Notes: generated from the letters alone by a model not told the origin. Counted from the stretch's first letter, positions 38,516-52,500 are shown. The stretch is 64,000 nucleotides of DNA from Mobula hypostoma (GCF_963921235.1 NC_086108.1:70620001-70684000); one strand, 5' to 3'. Program-made: numbers and translations.

Positions 38516-38859
38516 TACTATATCTTTTGTTTGAAATTCAGTATCAACAAAGATTATTGAGATTCTTAAAAGTTCTAAGAGGATTATAAAAACTAATGTG
38601 GGTGCTTTAAGGGAAAACTTATCAAACATTGTATGATGGAACACTATTAATAATGTCAAGAATTTGAGACAAATGGAATTAGTTTAAAGTTGTCCTAACA
38701 TGAGGTTCAAAATTACACTGGGGGCTAAATGGCTTCGTTATTGGTCTCAAATATTATTGTAGAATAGCTAAGTCAGTCAATATTTAGAACTTACTTTCCT
38801 TAACTGTATTGTCCATTTACTCCTCCATGTGAAGGGGCAGTTTTCAGAATTTCAGTCTA

Positions 38860-39095
38860 ATAATCATGCTCTCTTCTTGCTGCTGCCATCAGAAAGGAGG
38901 CACAGGAATAGTTATTACCCCCCAACCATTAGGCTCCTAAACTAGAGTGGATCACTTCATTCATCCAAACATGAACTGATTCACTTTCAAGGACTCTATA
39001 TAACTAATGTTCTCAATATTTATTTATTTTTCTCTCTTTTTATGTATTTTTTGTATTTATGTATTTTAATAATAAATTTACTTTGAACTTTGATC
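38860..39095 (+). mobile_element. Rex1-like LINE 3' end fragment
   Basis: Homologous to 33180-33600, with the same tail. Confidence 0.65.
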
Positions 39096-40639
39096 ATTCA
39101 GATATGAGCCTTGACAATATACAAGGGTTTTCAACCAGAAAGTAAATCAAAATATTAAAGAACAAATACAGTATTCATGTGTAACAAATTATGGTTTGAA
39201 AGAAAAAATGATTAATGTTGGATATGCTGATTCCTAGATTGTTTATATAAGATTACACAATACCAGTTCAATGCTTACACCAGCTTTCACATGGTGTATA
39301 TTTCCAAGCATGTCAGAGGTGTATTGCGTGCTCATACTTGGTATAAATCATAAAATTATTAAAAATACACAAATACTATCATTACTCATTTTTGACATAC
39401 TTAAATGACTTGCCTTCTCTTCCTGGCATTACTATTTTGCAGGCATACAAAAGCTACAAAGCTTCAAAATTTTCCAGATAGATATCCAACATACAGAATA
39501 TTACCTTTTTCTTTGGCATTTTAAAAGGAGCAAAGATCAGTTGTACAAGTAAACAAAGCAAAATTACAACATAGTGTAATACTGTAGTGGAAAGTTGATT
39601 ATTTTATGATTAGGGCAATAATAAAAATAGACTGTCATATTAAGGGAGACAAAGAATAGTCAAACTAATTTTCCACAATAAATTATAAAATGGAATATTT
39701 TATGTTGTTACATATTTTTGACAGTTCTTCATTTTAAGATTTAATCAAATACTAAATGTGGTATTAAATATATACAAGAGGTCATTACAAATTACACTAT
39801 TTAAAGAATGGAATAGCATTCATCTATCGAGAGACTGTCAAATTAGACATTATTTTGTTTTTTTTAAGCAAAACACTGATAACTACATTGGCAAACAATT
39901 CTTCCCACCGTCAAGACGCACACACACACACAAACTCTACCATCAAGCAATACCAAAGACGCACACTTTTCATTATCGTTTTTCTTTTCAAAATGCCTCA
40001 CATAGCTTGCAAAACGCTTGTATTATGCCATTTGCTGAGTGTGTGCTTGTGAGTGTTTTAATCTCATCTTAATGATACTGATAAAAACTGGAAAAATAAT
40101 ATGTGATTACGCGAAGGAAAATGAAGATTTGTCAAAGAACTATATTAAGGTAGGCCAAATTAGTCTGCAACTATTATTCCGGAGTTCCATTTAATTGCAG
40201 TTGTGTGTGGGATAAAAAGTTGAAATACATGGATAGGTTGTTTCTAACAGCCAAAAATACCCAATCTGTAAATACTAACACCACCAGATAACACCCAAAC
40301 TAAACGAAACGAAAGCAAAACTCATTTTATTGAAGATATGGCATTAATAAAAGCATTCATTTTAAACGGGTTCATTTTGATAAATCTAATTCAAATGTTA
40401 TTTCACAATCCCCGTCCTTTTTAATAAATAACGTTCAACTTAAATGCATCAAATACAAATGATTTTGTCAATGACATGTACAAACAAAATATCGACAGGG
40501 ATCCCTTAAAGGCAACGTGCCCGAAAAAATACAATTACCCCCCATCCACGTAAACATTGCAACTGAACGTTAGTAATATTGTTTATCGTGTGAATTACGG
40601 TCAGGAATACCTTCTGGCTGAATTATAATCTCAGGGCCG

Positions 40640-41270
40640 TCAACACTTGTGACTCACGCGGTGGGTGTGAGATACTCAAATGGGAAATAAACGTCTGGGT
40701 CACCTCTGGAGACTGTTCCTAAAATGCGATCAAATACCGAGCGTGGCCGGTACCCTCCCTCCAGCGCTTTAAACCTGTCATTGGCCTAAACAAAATGACC
40801 GAAAGGGAAACCCAACAGCCCTGTTTGCGAATCGCGCTCAAGACCTCTCCGATTATCATCAGTTCACATTTTTTAAATTTTAAATATACCTCCCGGCCCA
40901 GGCCTCGGATTCTTACCGGCAAGATCGGCCAGCACTCCACAGCACATCCCACCATCTATTTAATCGGATGAAAGCTCCCGACCACCAGCAGGCCGTTCAC
41001 AAAACAAACCCAAAGCACGCAAACGCGTTGACACCTTCCGGTGGCGTCACAGATACAAATTCTCCGCCACTGCACAGAAAACTACAAGTTCCGAGAGCCA
41101 TCGCGTCTGCTTGCAGCCTCCGAGCGCGGAGAGTGGCGGCGGCGGCAGCGACGACAATCGAGCTGCGAGGGTTTCCGGGATTCCAGCGAAGGCTCCGTTG
41201 CCCTGGGAACACAATGAGTATCACCACCAACTTCAAATATTCTTCGACTGTTTAAAACTCACTCGTAAGG
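40640..41270. promoter_or_regulatory. CpG island / housekeeping promoter of TUT4
   Basis: High CpG density; ETS-like TTCCGG (about 41036 and 41173), half-CRE GCGTCAC (about 41044), ZNF143/THAP11-like ACTACAAGTTCCGAG (41081-41095), X-box-like GTTGCCCTGGGAAC (41197-41210). Confidence 0.7.
40917..41100 (-). other. TUT4: Probable TUT4 non-coding exon 1 (5' end/TSS uncertain)
   Basis: The CpG-rich unique segment nearest upstream of the first coding exon; donor CCG|GTAAGA at 40916. Confidence 0.6.
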
Positions 41271-41447
41271 TTTAAACAGATAGCACTTTCGTGAGGCATT
41301 ACATCTGGCTGAATTCCTGTTGTGGAGTTCTACCCCAGCAGGTGATTAGAATTTTAGCTTGTGTTTACGTAAATCAAATCCTTCAAGATTTCCCAACCAG
41401 CTTACAACCTGTTTGAAAAGTTCAGCACTGGAATGTGGCTTGTCTAT

Positions 41448-43445
41448 CAGAATCAGGTTTATTGTCACCGGCGTGTGACATGGAATTCGTGAATTTAGCG
41501 GCAGCAGTTCAATGCAATACATAATCTAGCAGAGAAAAAAAATAATATAAAATAAAACCAATAATAATCAATTACGTATTACAGATTTTTAAAACCTGCA
41601 AAAACAAAAATACTGTATATTAAAAAAAGTGAGGTAGTGTCCAAAGCTTCAATGTCCATTTAGTAATCAGATGGCAGAGGGGAAGAAGCTGTGCCTGAAT
41701 CGTTCAGTGTATGCCTTCAGGCTTCTGTTTCTCCTCCCTGATGGTAGCAGTGAGAAAAGGGAGGTCCTTAATAATGGACGCTGCCCTTCTGAGACACCAC
41801 TCCCTAAAAATGCCCTGGGTACTTTGTAAGCTAGTGCCCACGATGGAGCTGACTAGATTTACAATCTGCAGTTTCTTTCAGTCCTGTGCAGTAGCCCCTC
41901 CATACCAGACAGTGATGCAGCCTGTCAGAATACTCTCCACGCTACAACTATAGAAGTTTTTGAGTGTATTTGTTGACATGCCAAATCTCTTCAAACTCCT
42001 AATGAAGTATAGCTGCTGTCTTGCCTTCCTTATAACTACATCGATAGGTTGGGACAAGGTTAGATCCTCAGAGGTCTTGACACCCAGGAGCTTGAAACTG
42101 TTCACTCTCTCCACTTCTGATCCTTCTATGAGGATTGGTATGTGTTCCTTTGTCTTACCCTTCCTGGTCCACAATCAGCTCTTTCGTCTTACTGATGTTG
42201 AGTGCCAGGTTGTTGCTGCGGAACCACTCCACTAGTTGGGATATCTCACTCCTGTACACCCTCTCATCACCACCTGAGATTCTACCAACAATGGTTGTAT
42301 CGTCAGCAAATTTATAGATGGTATTTGAGCTATGCCTAGCCACACAGTCATGGGTCTATGGAGAGTAGAGCAGTGGGCTAAGCACACACCCCTGAGGTGT
42401 GCCAGTGTTGATCATCAGCGAGGAGGATATGTTATCACCAATCCGCACAGATTGTGGTCTTTCAGTTAGGAAGTCGAGGATCCAATTGCAGAGGTAGGTA
42501 CAGAGGCCCAGGTTCTGCAACTTCTCAATCAGGATTGTGGAGTGATGGTATTAAATGCTGAGCTATAGTCAATGAACAGCATTCTGACGTAGGTGTTTGT
42601 GTTGTCCGGGTGGTCTAAAGCTGTGTGGAGAACCATTGAGGTTGTGTCTGCCATTGACCTATTGTGGCAATAGGCAAAATGCAATGGGTCCAGGTCCTTG
42701 CTGAGGCAGGAGTTCAGTCTAGTCATGACCAACCTCTCAAAGCATTTCATCACTCTCAATGTGAGTGCTACCAGGCAATCATCATTAAGGCAGCCCACAT
42801 TATTCTTCTTAGGCACTGGTATAATTGTTGCCTTTTTGAAGCAAGTGGGAACTTCTGCCCATAGTAGTGAGAGGTTAAAAATGTCCTTGAATACTCCCGC
42901 TAGTTGGTTGGCACAGATTTTCAAAGCCTTACCAGGTACTCCATTGGGACCTTCCACCTTGCGAGGGTTCACTCTCTTTAAAGTCAGCCTCTGAGATGGA
43001 GATCACAGGGTCATCAGGTGCAGCAGGGATCTTCACAGCTGTAATTGTGTTCTTCCTCTCAAAGCATGCATAGAAGGCGTTGAGTTCATCTGGTAGTGAA
43101 GCATCGCTGCCATTCATGCTATTGGTTTTTGCTTTGTAGGAAGTAATGTCTTGCAAACTGTGCCAGAGTTGCCGTGCATCTGATGTCACCTCCAACCTCG
43201 TTTGAAATTGCCCTTCACCCTTGAAATAGCCCTCCGCAGACCATACCTGGCCTAGGTTGCCAGACTTGAATGCCACAGATCTAGCCTTCAGCAAACGACG
43301 TACCTCCTGGTTCATCCACAGCTCTTGGTTTGGGAATGTACAGCAAGTCTTTGTGGGAACACACTCATCCACACAGGTTTTAATGAAGTCGGTAACAACT
43401 GCAGCATACTCATCCAGGTTTGAAGATGACTCCCTGAATACAGTA
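41448..43445 (-). mobile_element. Rex1/Babar-like LINE, 5'-truncated and frameshifted
   Basis: RT relics [61 protein letters not shown]. Confidence 0.92.
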
Positions 43446-44854
43446 GAGTAAAGAAGCACATATAACTGTCTATTGGTGATCTCTGTCATTAAATGATCCG
43501 CATACCTAGATAATTGGAGAAGATGCATGTTCAAAGTACTCTTTTGTTCATAAAATAACATAAAATGTTGAAACTTTATGGAAGAACGAGAATAATCTGC
43601 CCAGTACAAATGCAGCTTAAATTTCTGCATTTAGTCAGTTGTCCAATTATTAGCCAATTGTCCAATTTGAGATACATTGTAGTTTTTGCCAGGCCAGAAC
43701 ATGTTGGTAAAATGTTGCAACATTGAAAAGGAGTGAGGGATTAAATTGTTCTTTTTTAATGTCTGTATTTTAGTGTTGTTTGCCCTGAGCTGAAAGAGTT
43801 AATTAAATTTGCCACTAATTTCCTGCTTTGTCTCTAATTCCCTAGCCTTTCTGACTCAAGACTGGATTCCAATCATGACTATTGATCATATTTCTTTCTG
43901 GAGGATGGCTGTAAAATATGACTCTGATATTCCCATTTACAGCTGACCCATCATCTGTTTGATTATTATTCTATTGATATTCCTTTCTTGCACTCATTTT
44001 TGTTAGTTGAAGTCTCTTCCAGTGGACCCAAATCAGACCTTCTCCTTAGTTCTTTCCTCCTTTCCCCCTATTTTCCCAGCCTCTGTACTTTCTTAAAACA
44101 TTATTGTATCTCTAACCTTGCCAGTCCTACTGGAAGTCTTGAACTAAAACACGATTGCCTCTCCCGTGTAAATGTTGTTTGAGAATTTCTTACATTTTTC
44201 TTGAATATACTGGGTGAGTGAACTTACACAGTTTTCTGGGGTCATGAAATTCAAAGATTCACATGTCATTGGATGAAAAAAAATCTTTTTTCTGTGCTGA
44301 ATGACTGAATCCTTATTTTGTTACTGTGACCGGAAAATGCTATATTGGTTTTCCAGACAAATCAGCATCTCTCTTCAAGTCCCATAAGAACTGAGTATAT
44401 TTCACTGAATTTTCGTCTCATTCTGTCAATAGAGTACAGGTCTGGTCTGCTTATTCTCTTCTCATACTACAAATCCTCTGTTCTAGAAATTAATAGTTGC
44501 ACCCTCTCTGCTGCAAGAATGGTCCTCTTTTGGTTGGGAAACCAGACATGTAAACGAGCTTCCAAGTGTAATTTCACCAGGATTTCATATGTAAGAAAAA
44601 TCAAATTCTCTTGTAATAAAGGCCAATGCACTTTGTAACTACTTGCTGAATCTGCAAATTAACTCCCAGTGAATTATACAGAGGGATACTTGGGTCCCTC
44701 TGAATATTACTAATACACCATGTTATAAACACTCTGCCTTTCTTTTACCTACCAAAATGGATGACTTCTCATTTTCCCAAGTTATATTTCATCTTCCTTA
44801 CCAATTCCCTTACCTTTCTATATTACCTATTAAATTTCTGCACATCCCCTTCCT

Positions 44855-45378
44855 TTAGATAGATACTTTATCGATCCCAAAGGAAATTACAGTGTCACAA
44901 TAGCATTACAAGTTCACAGATATACAAATATCAGAAGAGAAGAATAAAAAAATAAGTTACCTCAAACAACTTCCCCGGCTATAAATAGGTTGACTCATTA
45001 TAGTGCCTAATGGCTGAGGCTAAGCCTGACCTCATAGAAAGCTCTTTGGGGCAGTGCAGTTGTCTTAGTCTATTACTGAAAGTGCTCCTTTATTCAGCCA
45101 AGGTGGCATGCAGAGGGTGAGGAACATTATCCAGAATTGCCAGGATTTTCCATAGGGTCCTTTGTTCTACCACAGCCTCCAATGTGTCCAGTTTGACTCC
45201 TATGACAGAGCTACCCTTTCTAATCAGTTTATTGAGGCTGTTGGCATCACCCGTGTTGATGCCATTGCCCCAGCACACCATCACATAGAAGATTGTACTG
45301 GCAACAACAGACTAGCAGAACATGTGAAGGAGAAGCCTGCATACTCCAAAGAACCTCAGTTTCCTCAGGAAGTAGAGG
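44855..45378 (-). mobile_element. LINE 3' fragment (Rex1/L2-like)
   Basis: VCWGNGINTGDANSLNKLIRKGSSVIG..HPLH relic; (TCTA)-type tail. Confidence 0.7.
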
Positions 45379-46096
45379 CCATTTAGCTTTGAAAAATTAG
45401 AAAACCTGCATATGTTACACGCAAAACTGTCCTCCTAATTATTGATATGGATTATGAACAGCTGAGGTCCCATCACTGGCTTCTGTAGCACCTTCAGTAT
45501 ACAGCCACCCAACCCAAGACCTTAATTACAATTGAAATTCTCCACTTTCTTCTGTTTTGGTTATCCAGTAGTATGCTTTCTTCTCTTACCACTCTGTACA
45601 GCATTAAATATTGGGCATTAGGGCTACTAAAATACTAGATCCCCTTTAACTTTTGTCACTGAATATTTTGATGCCTCCCATTGAGCTTCTGTGTCACATG
45701 AATTCTTCTGCATTACATTCAAATGTCATCATTAATTTACTGTTTACTTACACAATGAGTTTAGCCTACTTTATATTTCTTTGGTTAGCCCTTCAAACGC
45801 AATGGTTGCTGGAAATCTGATTAACAGCAGGAAATACTGGAATGGCAGTGGGTTACATAGGAACTATGGCAAGGGAAATCGAATTAATGTTTCACCTCAA
45901 TGACCTCCTATCATAACTGGAAATAGTTAAAGAATGAAAGTGCAGAAAAGCGGGAAAGTAATGGGGAGATTGCCAATGAAAAAACCTTTGATGGAGTAAA
46001 AGTAGGAAAGTTAAATAGCAAGTGCAAATGGTCTAAGGTGAGAAAAGTGATAATGAGGATTCAGCATAGTAGCGTAGGAGTATGTGGTTTCCAGTA

Positions 46097-47292
46097 CAGG
46101 TTTTCCCCGACATCTGAAGGTAGAGCGTTCCTATGAAATGGTTCGTAAGCCGGAATGTCGTAAAACGAAGAAGCAATTACCATTAATTTATATGGGGAAA
46201 AATTGTTAGCGTTCGCAGACCCAAAAATAACCTACAAATCATGCCAAATAACACATAAAACCTAAAATAACAGTAACATATAGTAAAAGCAGGAATGATG
46301 TGATGAATACACAGCCTATATAAAGTAGAAATACTTTTCCACAATCATTACTGCACTGTTCTCCGTAGCAAAAAGCAATTGCGTCGCCTCTGATCTGGGC
46401 CGACATTTACATGCCGGGCGGCACCTAATTAGTTAGCTTGTTTATTTCGGCTTTTTTTCTTAAAGATGTGCTGGGTGCCTCCCGGCTACCACTGCATTCT
46501 TCGCGGATTGGTATCTGTCCGTGGTCCAGGGGTTTGGGGTGGTGGGACACTGGGGTGTCGTCTGTTTCCATCAGGGCAGGCAGGTCATCTTCTATAACTG
46601 CCTGCCTTGATGTCGAAGGTAGAGGTTCGTCGTCTGCTGTGGCTGATGTGGAAGGCTTGCTTGACTGCTCAGCCTCGCGCATTTTTAGATCATACAGTTC
46701 TTTGTAAGGACTCAAACCATCCTGCAAATATGTCCTAAACTGATGTACCCTTTCAAAATTAAAGTCATACTTTATCATTGCAGCGAAAATCTCACGCTTC
46801 ACGTTCAGTTCCTGGACAACTTCACTTTCGGTCCGTTCGCTACTGCATTCAGTTTCGATTGTTATCCTTTCCTCTTCCAATTACATCAGCTCTTCATCTA
46901 TCAGTTCTTGGTCATGGAATGCCAAAACCTCTTTAACATTATCTTCGTCAACTTCCACAAGCCAAACTCAATTTGTCCTTACTTCGTTCACCACGATCGA
47001 AATGCTTAATTAGGTCTCGTTTTACGCTAAGTGTAACACCCTTACGAGCTCTTTCAGGCTTTTCCGATACCTTAGAACTCATCTTGCTAACAGATGCTCA
47101 CAGGCACGTGTTTAAGCAATGCCGGCGAGAATGCTGTTCCGAATCTGGGGGAGGAGGGGCTGCTCGGGGCGCGCGCTGCCTTTTTTCGTAAAAGTGAAAA
47201 CACCTTCTGTTAGCGAAAACAGGTAACTACTGTAGGTCTTTCGTAACAGTGAGGTTTCGTAAAGCGAGCGTTCGAAAAGATGGGGACACCTG
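46097..47292 (-). mobile_element. Internally deleted pogo/Tigger-like DNA transposon
   Basis: TA-flanked TIRs CAGGTTTTCCCC / GGGGACACCTG; N-terminal HTH relic RARKGVTLSVKRDLIKHFDRGER joined to C-terminal ORF 46425..46880; no DDE core seen. Confidence 0.88.
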
Positions 47293-47509
47293 TATATGAG
47301 TTTGGTGAGGTAGGGCAGGTGGAGCAATTCAACACTGGTACCAGCTTGGAAATCTGACATTGCTGCAAGTCACATAACCCATTGGAGAGTTTCTGTATCA
47401 GCTTTATGAGGTATTAGTAAAGATGAATGCTGTTTTCAACATGGCGAGGGAGCTAAAAAGGAAGCTAGCTTTTTAGTGAGTGTTTGGTATGTTTAAGGTC
47501 TCTAACACA

Positions 47510-48830
47510 CAAAATAGAAGAATACAGCACAGGAGCATGCTTTTAGCCTATGACGTCCTGGCCAAACACAACGTCAAATTAAATTCAGTCTCTTCAGCCT
47601 CCGTTCCCTTGATGATGGATGCTTAAAACTTAGAACGGTACAACACCACAGGCCATTTGGCCCATGATGTTGTGCCAATCTTGATGTTGATTTATACTAA
47701 ATGTTCTCCTGCTGCTTATCATTCAAAAGCTTTCATTCTCTTCATATTCATATCTACATTTAAAAGGCTTTTAAACTCCACAAAACTGCCTGATTCCACT
47801 ACCATGCCCCCCCCCCCCCCGGTAAACCCAAACCAGGTGGCTGCATATGAAACTTGCCCCTCTAAACTTCTCCCTTATAATGTTAAAAGCATGTCCTCTG
47901 GTGCTAGACATCTCTATCCTGGGGAACAGATTCTACCTACCCCATCTCTGCTGCTCATAACATGTAGAAAACCTCTATCAGGTCTTTCCCCAGCCTCTGA
48001 TATTCTAAGGAGAGCAACCCAAGCTGTACAATCTGGCTGAACAACTCATATCCTCTAATCCAGATAATTTCCTGGTAAATTTCTTATGCACCCCTGGCAA
48101 TCCATCCCAGGCACCTACAACTTGCTATATTGAAGTCCTGGAAAACAGCATCTCCCGCCCTAACTTCATCAATCACTTTCATAACCTCCTCAAAAAACAC
48201 AGCTTTTAGTAAGACATCACCTGTCCCACATTGTCATGCTGACTGTCCCTAATTATGCCATGCTTTCCAAGTGCACCCTAATCATCCTCTCCAACAGCTT
48301 CCTTACCACTGATGTGAGGCTTACTGGCCTACAATTTTCTGTATTATCCCTATTTCCCTTCTTGAAAAAAAGAAATAATATTGGATACTTTCCAGTCCTC
48401 CAGAACTTTTGCCTTTGCTAATGAGGATACAAAGATTGTTGTCAAGGTCCCAGCAATCTCCTCTCTTTCCACTATTGGTAACCTGAGATATATTCCATCA
48501 GGCCCTGGGGACATCCACCAAGATACCCAGCACAAACTCCTTTTTGATCGCAAAATGTGCTGGCATATTGGCACACATCACATTGGTCTCACTAACCTCC
48601 ACATCCTTTTTGATGAATACAACACAAACTACTCATTTAGTTCCTTACCCACATTTTCTCACTGCAAGCATAAATTCTTTCCTTTCTCCTTGAATGAATT
48701 TACCCTCAACCCTAGTTATTCTCTTGTTTTTAATGTAAATATAAAATGGCTTGGGATTCTTTATAATCCTACTTGCCAGGGAGATTTCATGGTTCCTCCT
48801 AGTCCCCTTGCTTGAGTTCCTTCCTATATT
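47510..48830 (-). mobile_element. Degenerate CR1 LINE fragments
   Basis: SPGPDGIYLRL..EDWKVSNI relic and a CR1-type 3' end. Confidence 0.7.
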
Positions 48831-48998
48831 TTTTAAATTAAGTTGAAAATAGTACAGAACTGGTGTCAGGTAATAAAAATATATTTTTTATATATATATA
48901 AAAGTCAGTCTTCAGTTCTTAAAATGTAAATACAGTAGCAGCCAGTCATCAGCTTGAAGTTTTAAAACACAGCTTTGCAAACAAGCTCTGTATATAGG

Positions 48999-49083
48999 CA
49001 ACACACATCAAAGTTGCTGGTGAACGCAGCAGGCCAGGCAGCATCTCTAGGAAGAGGTACAGTCGACGTTTCAGGCCAAGACC
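48999..49083 (-). mobile_element. 85-bp solo Penelope-tail insertion
   Basis: Matches the young tail; exact 13-bp TSD CTGTATATAGGCA at 48988-49000 and 49083-49095. Confidence 0.88.
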
Positions 49084-49639
49084 TGTATATAGGCAGACAC
49101 TTTGTATGTGAGAAGTAGGATGTACAATAACTCACTGCACCTGCTTTATTGCTGCTCAAAGGTATAGTATAAAACAACAGGTTGCTTAATTTGGCTTGAT
49201 TCAAAACAAACTCAGTTGCTACAAACTAAGACTCTAAGTTGCATAGTTGAAGGAAGCTTGCAGACTAGATGGATAATATCATTTAGCATATCAATAACTG
49301 ATGTATTTATAGTTGGGAGTTTTATGTACTTAAGGAAGTTGGCTTCACGGCCTTAATGGTAGAAAGCTGAGATTTATGTTTCCGCAATGTTTTAGACCAT
49401 TTGTGTAAAAATGATATCTGAGGAAGTATCACATATGTGTGAATTCAACAAAGTGGGAGAAAAAGGCTATAAATATAGACAGAAGTTCAGGTTATTAGAA
49501 ATGGGGTAAGGAACATCAAGAAACCTGGAAGAAACACAGGATGAACTCGAATCCATTCCTCTGGTTTCGGTTTCTGCGATGGACGATGTGTTCATCTGCA
49601 TCATTGATATGTCTTTTTAGTTTATAAGAATTGTATCTG

Positions 49640-50215
49640 TGGTTTAGAATCAGAATCACTTCATTACCAGAATGTGAAACATACCAGAATTGATTGTGGT
49701 TTGGTGCCAAGCATAAAACACAGGACAATACCATAACAGACAACAAAATAGTCAACAATTTATAAGATAATAGTGAAAACAGCCATTAACAATTAGCAAA
49801 ACAGTCACATGTACAAATGTTACTAATCAAACTTAAATAAATGTGAACATATAAATAGATTAAAATAAGTATCAAGAGTACAAGGAGAGCAGGAAAGACC
49901 ACTTAATGGATTAAATGGCACAGTTAGGGTATTATACCTGAGTGAGGAGTTTTGTTTGAGAAGCTGGATAGTTACAGGAAAGAAGCTTCAGTGATGATGT
50001 GTAGTCCTGGTGGTGATGGACTTGTAGCATCTCCCTGATGCCGATGAATAGGTGATTGCTAGGATGGGTGGAGTCATCAGCAACTTTTTTCATCTTTTTT
50101 TCTTCACTCTTGTGACGAACAGATCTTCCAATATTGGTAGACGACAGCCAATAATCTTCTCCGCTGAGTGAATCACTTGCTGCAACCTGGACTTGGAGAG
50201 GGAACAGGCAGTGGG
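49640..50215 (-). mobile_element. Degenerate LINE 3' fragment
   Basis: (GATTCT)n-type tail at about 49645 and a DSTHPS-like relic at about 50060. Confidence 0.5.
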
Positions 50216-50779
50216 AAATCTTTTGTTCTTTGTGTTTTAGGAAAGTTTAAGATCAAAATCTTTTGTGAGTTTTAAATGAGTTTTAAGAATGTTGTTTGGA
50301 TTTAAACAGGAATCATTGCAAATAAATGAACTGTGTTTTTAAGTGTGCTGTTAGCTGGAAATATCTTCTTGGTAGGAAGAGAGGACCCACCGCTCCAATT
50401 GTGAGTATTGGCACCTGAACTCACCATGCAGAATAAACAGGGAAGTGAACTAGTCTTAGAAGGTTGGGATAGTTATAGTATAACCTCCCTTTAGTGAGAG
50501 TACTCATGGCCATTTACATCTGATAGGACTAAGGTCTTCATCTGAGTTTAGAACTTCATGGTCAGCAAACCCGATATCATCACACTATTACTCTGTGGTA
50601 GCAGAAACCGTACATGTGTGATGGTGGGAAGCAAACAATAAATAAGCATTGTTCTCCACAGAAAAGAGCAAGAGCTAAGAAGGCTATGCCTGATGCCAGG
50701 GTTCAGTGACTGGAGGGGAACAAGCAAAGGGAGGGTAAAGGGGTTATTGTGGTAAATGTAGGTGCCTACAGCATAGGAA

Positions 50780-52500
50780 AATCAGCCAGTCTAGATGAGT
50801 ATATCACCACTGTCACGCACTATAATAGAAAATGCATAGAAGACTGTGCACCAAAGAGGTCAGTCTGGGTGTTCCCAAATCGGAAACCATTGGATGAACC
50901 AGGAGATCCACTCCCTACTAAAGTATAGCATTATAGCATTTGAAATAGGTGACTTGGACCTACACAAGAAATTAAGGTACAGCCTCCATGAAGCTATCAG
51001 GGATACTAAGAGACAATACCAGTGCAAAATACCAGACTAGCCATCAATTGTTGCAGGACCTACATGCTCTAAATGGGCTACAAAATGAAATCAAGCAACA
51101 TTGACAACAGTGCATCCCTTCACTGATGAGCTTAATGTATTCCATAGATGTTTTGAGCAAAGGGGATTGGAATGTTACTGACCGCCCTGATAGCCTCTGA
51201 GGCACCTGAACCCACAGTCACTCTTGTGGACATAAGCTCAGTCTTCCAGAGAGTGAACCCACGGAAAGCATTTGGCCCAGATGGTGTCCCTGGCTGTGTG
51301 CTTACATCCTGCCCGGATCTGCTGATCGATGTATTTGCAAGCATTTTTAACCTCTCCCTGCTAAAACCTGAGGTTCCATTTGCTTTAAGAAGATCATTAA
51401 CATCCTGCTACTTAAAAAAAAACATAATATCTTTTAATGACTACCGCTAATGACTCTGATATCCAGCATCATGAAGTGCTCTGAGAGACAGGTTATGGCA
51501 CACATCAACTTCAGCCTCCCAAACAACCTTAACAATTGCAATTCACCTGCAGCTGAAACAGGTGTACAGTGGATGCCATCATCTTGACCCTTCACACTTT
51601 TATGGAGCAGCTGGACAGTAAAGATACCTCCATTACACTATTGATTATTGACAACAGCTCTGCCTTTTATACTAAAACTTCAAACACCACACATCGAGTC
51701 AATATCTCCATATACAACTAGACCGCTGACCTCGTGACCAGCAGACCACAATTACTTGGGAAAAGCAGCAACCCAAGTGCCACGATTAGTCTGAACACTA
51801 CTGCTCCACAAGTATGATCCTTAATCGCCTACTTTACTCCCTATACACACATCAGTGTAGCTAGATTCTACTCTAGCTCTGTCTACAAGTTAGCAGATGA
51901 CACCATTGTAGTGGGCTGAATTTCAAATAATGAAGAATCAGCGTAGAGGAAGGAGTTAGAGAGCCTGATGACATGGTGTCATGACACCAACCTTTCCCTT
52001 ATTGTCAGCAAAACAAAAGAACTGGTAATTGGCTTCAGGAAAGGTTGTGCATGCCATCCTATTTACACGAAAGGTGCTGAGATCAAGAGAGTTGAGAACT
52101 TCAAATTCTGAGGACTGAACATTACCAGTAGCCTGTCCTAGTCCAACTACATAGACACCCAGCCAGGAACCCTCAGCAATGCCTCTAGTTCCACAGGAGG
52201 CCGAGGAAATTCAGCATGTCCCATTTGACCTTCAACAATTTTTATTGATGCACCATAGAAAGCAATCTGTCTGAATTCATCACAGCTCGGAACGGCAACA
52301 GCTCTGCTCGTGACTGCAAGAAACATCTTAACTGATCACAAGACCATCCTCCACTGTATGGATTCTGTCTAGAATTCTGATTGCTTCAGTAATGCAGCAG
52401 ACATAATCAAAAACATTGCCCACCACAGACAGTGTTCCTTCTTCATGCCACACTCCCCCACCCCCTCACACCCACCCATCAGGCAGAAGATACAATAGCC
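50780..52500 (+). mobile_element. Degenerate Rex1/Babar-like LINE
   Basis: VNPRKAFGPDGVPG, YKLADDT and SKTKELVI relics; homologous to 41448-43445. Confidence 0.85.

Larger units (their letters stand above)
172..41100 (-). other. TUT4: TUT4/ZCCHC11 gene span (5' half; 3' part lies beyond the left edge)
   Basis: 12 coding exons with AG acceptors, GT (one GC) donors and consistent phases; the spliced translation resembles the vertebrate TUT4 N-terminal half (C2H2 zinc finger, inactive NTase/PAP-associated region). Confidence 0.95.

Noticed and set aside
46425..46880. 151-aa ORF as a host gene
   Set aside because: Lies inside TA-flanked TIRs; it is the C-terminal remnant of a deleted Tigger-like transposase.
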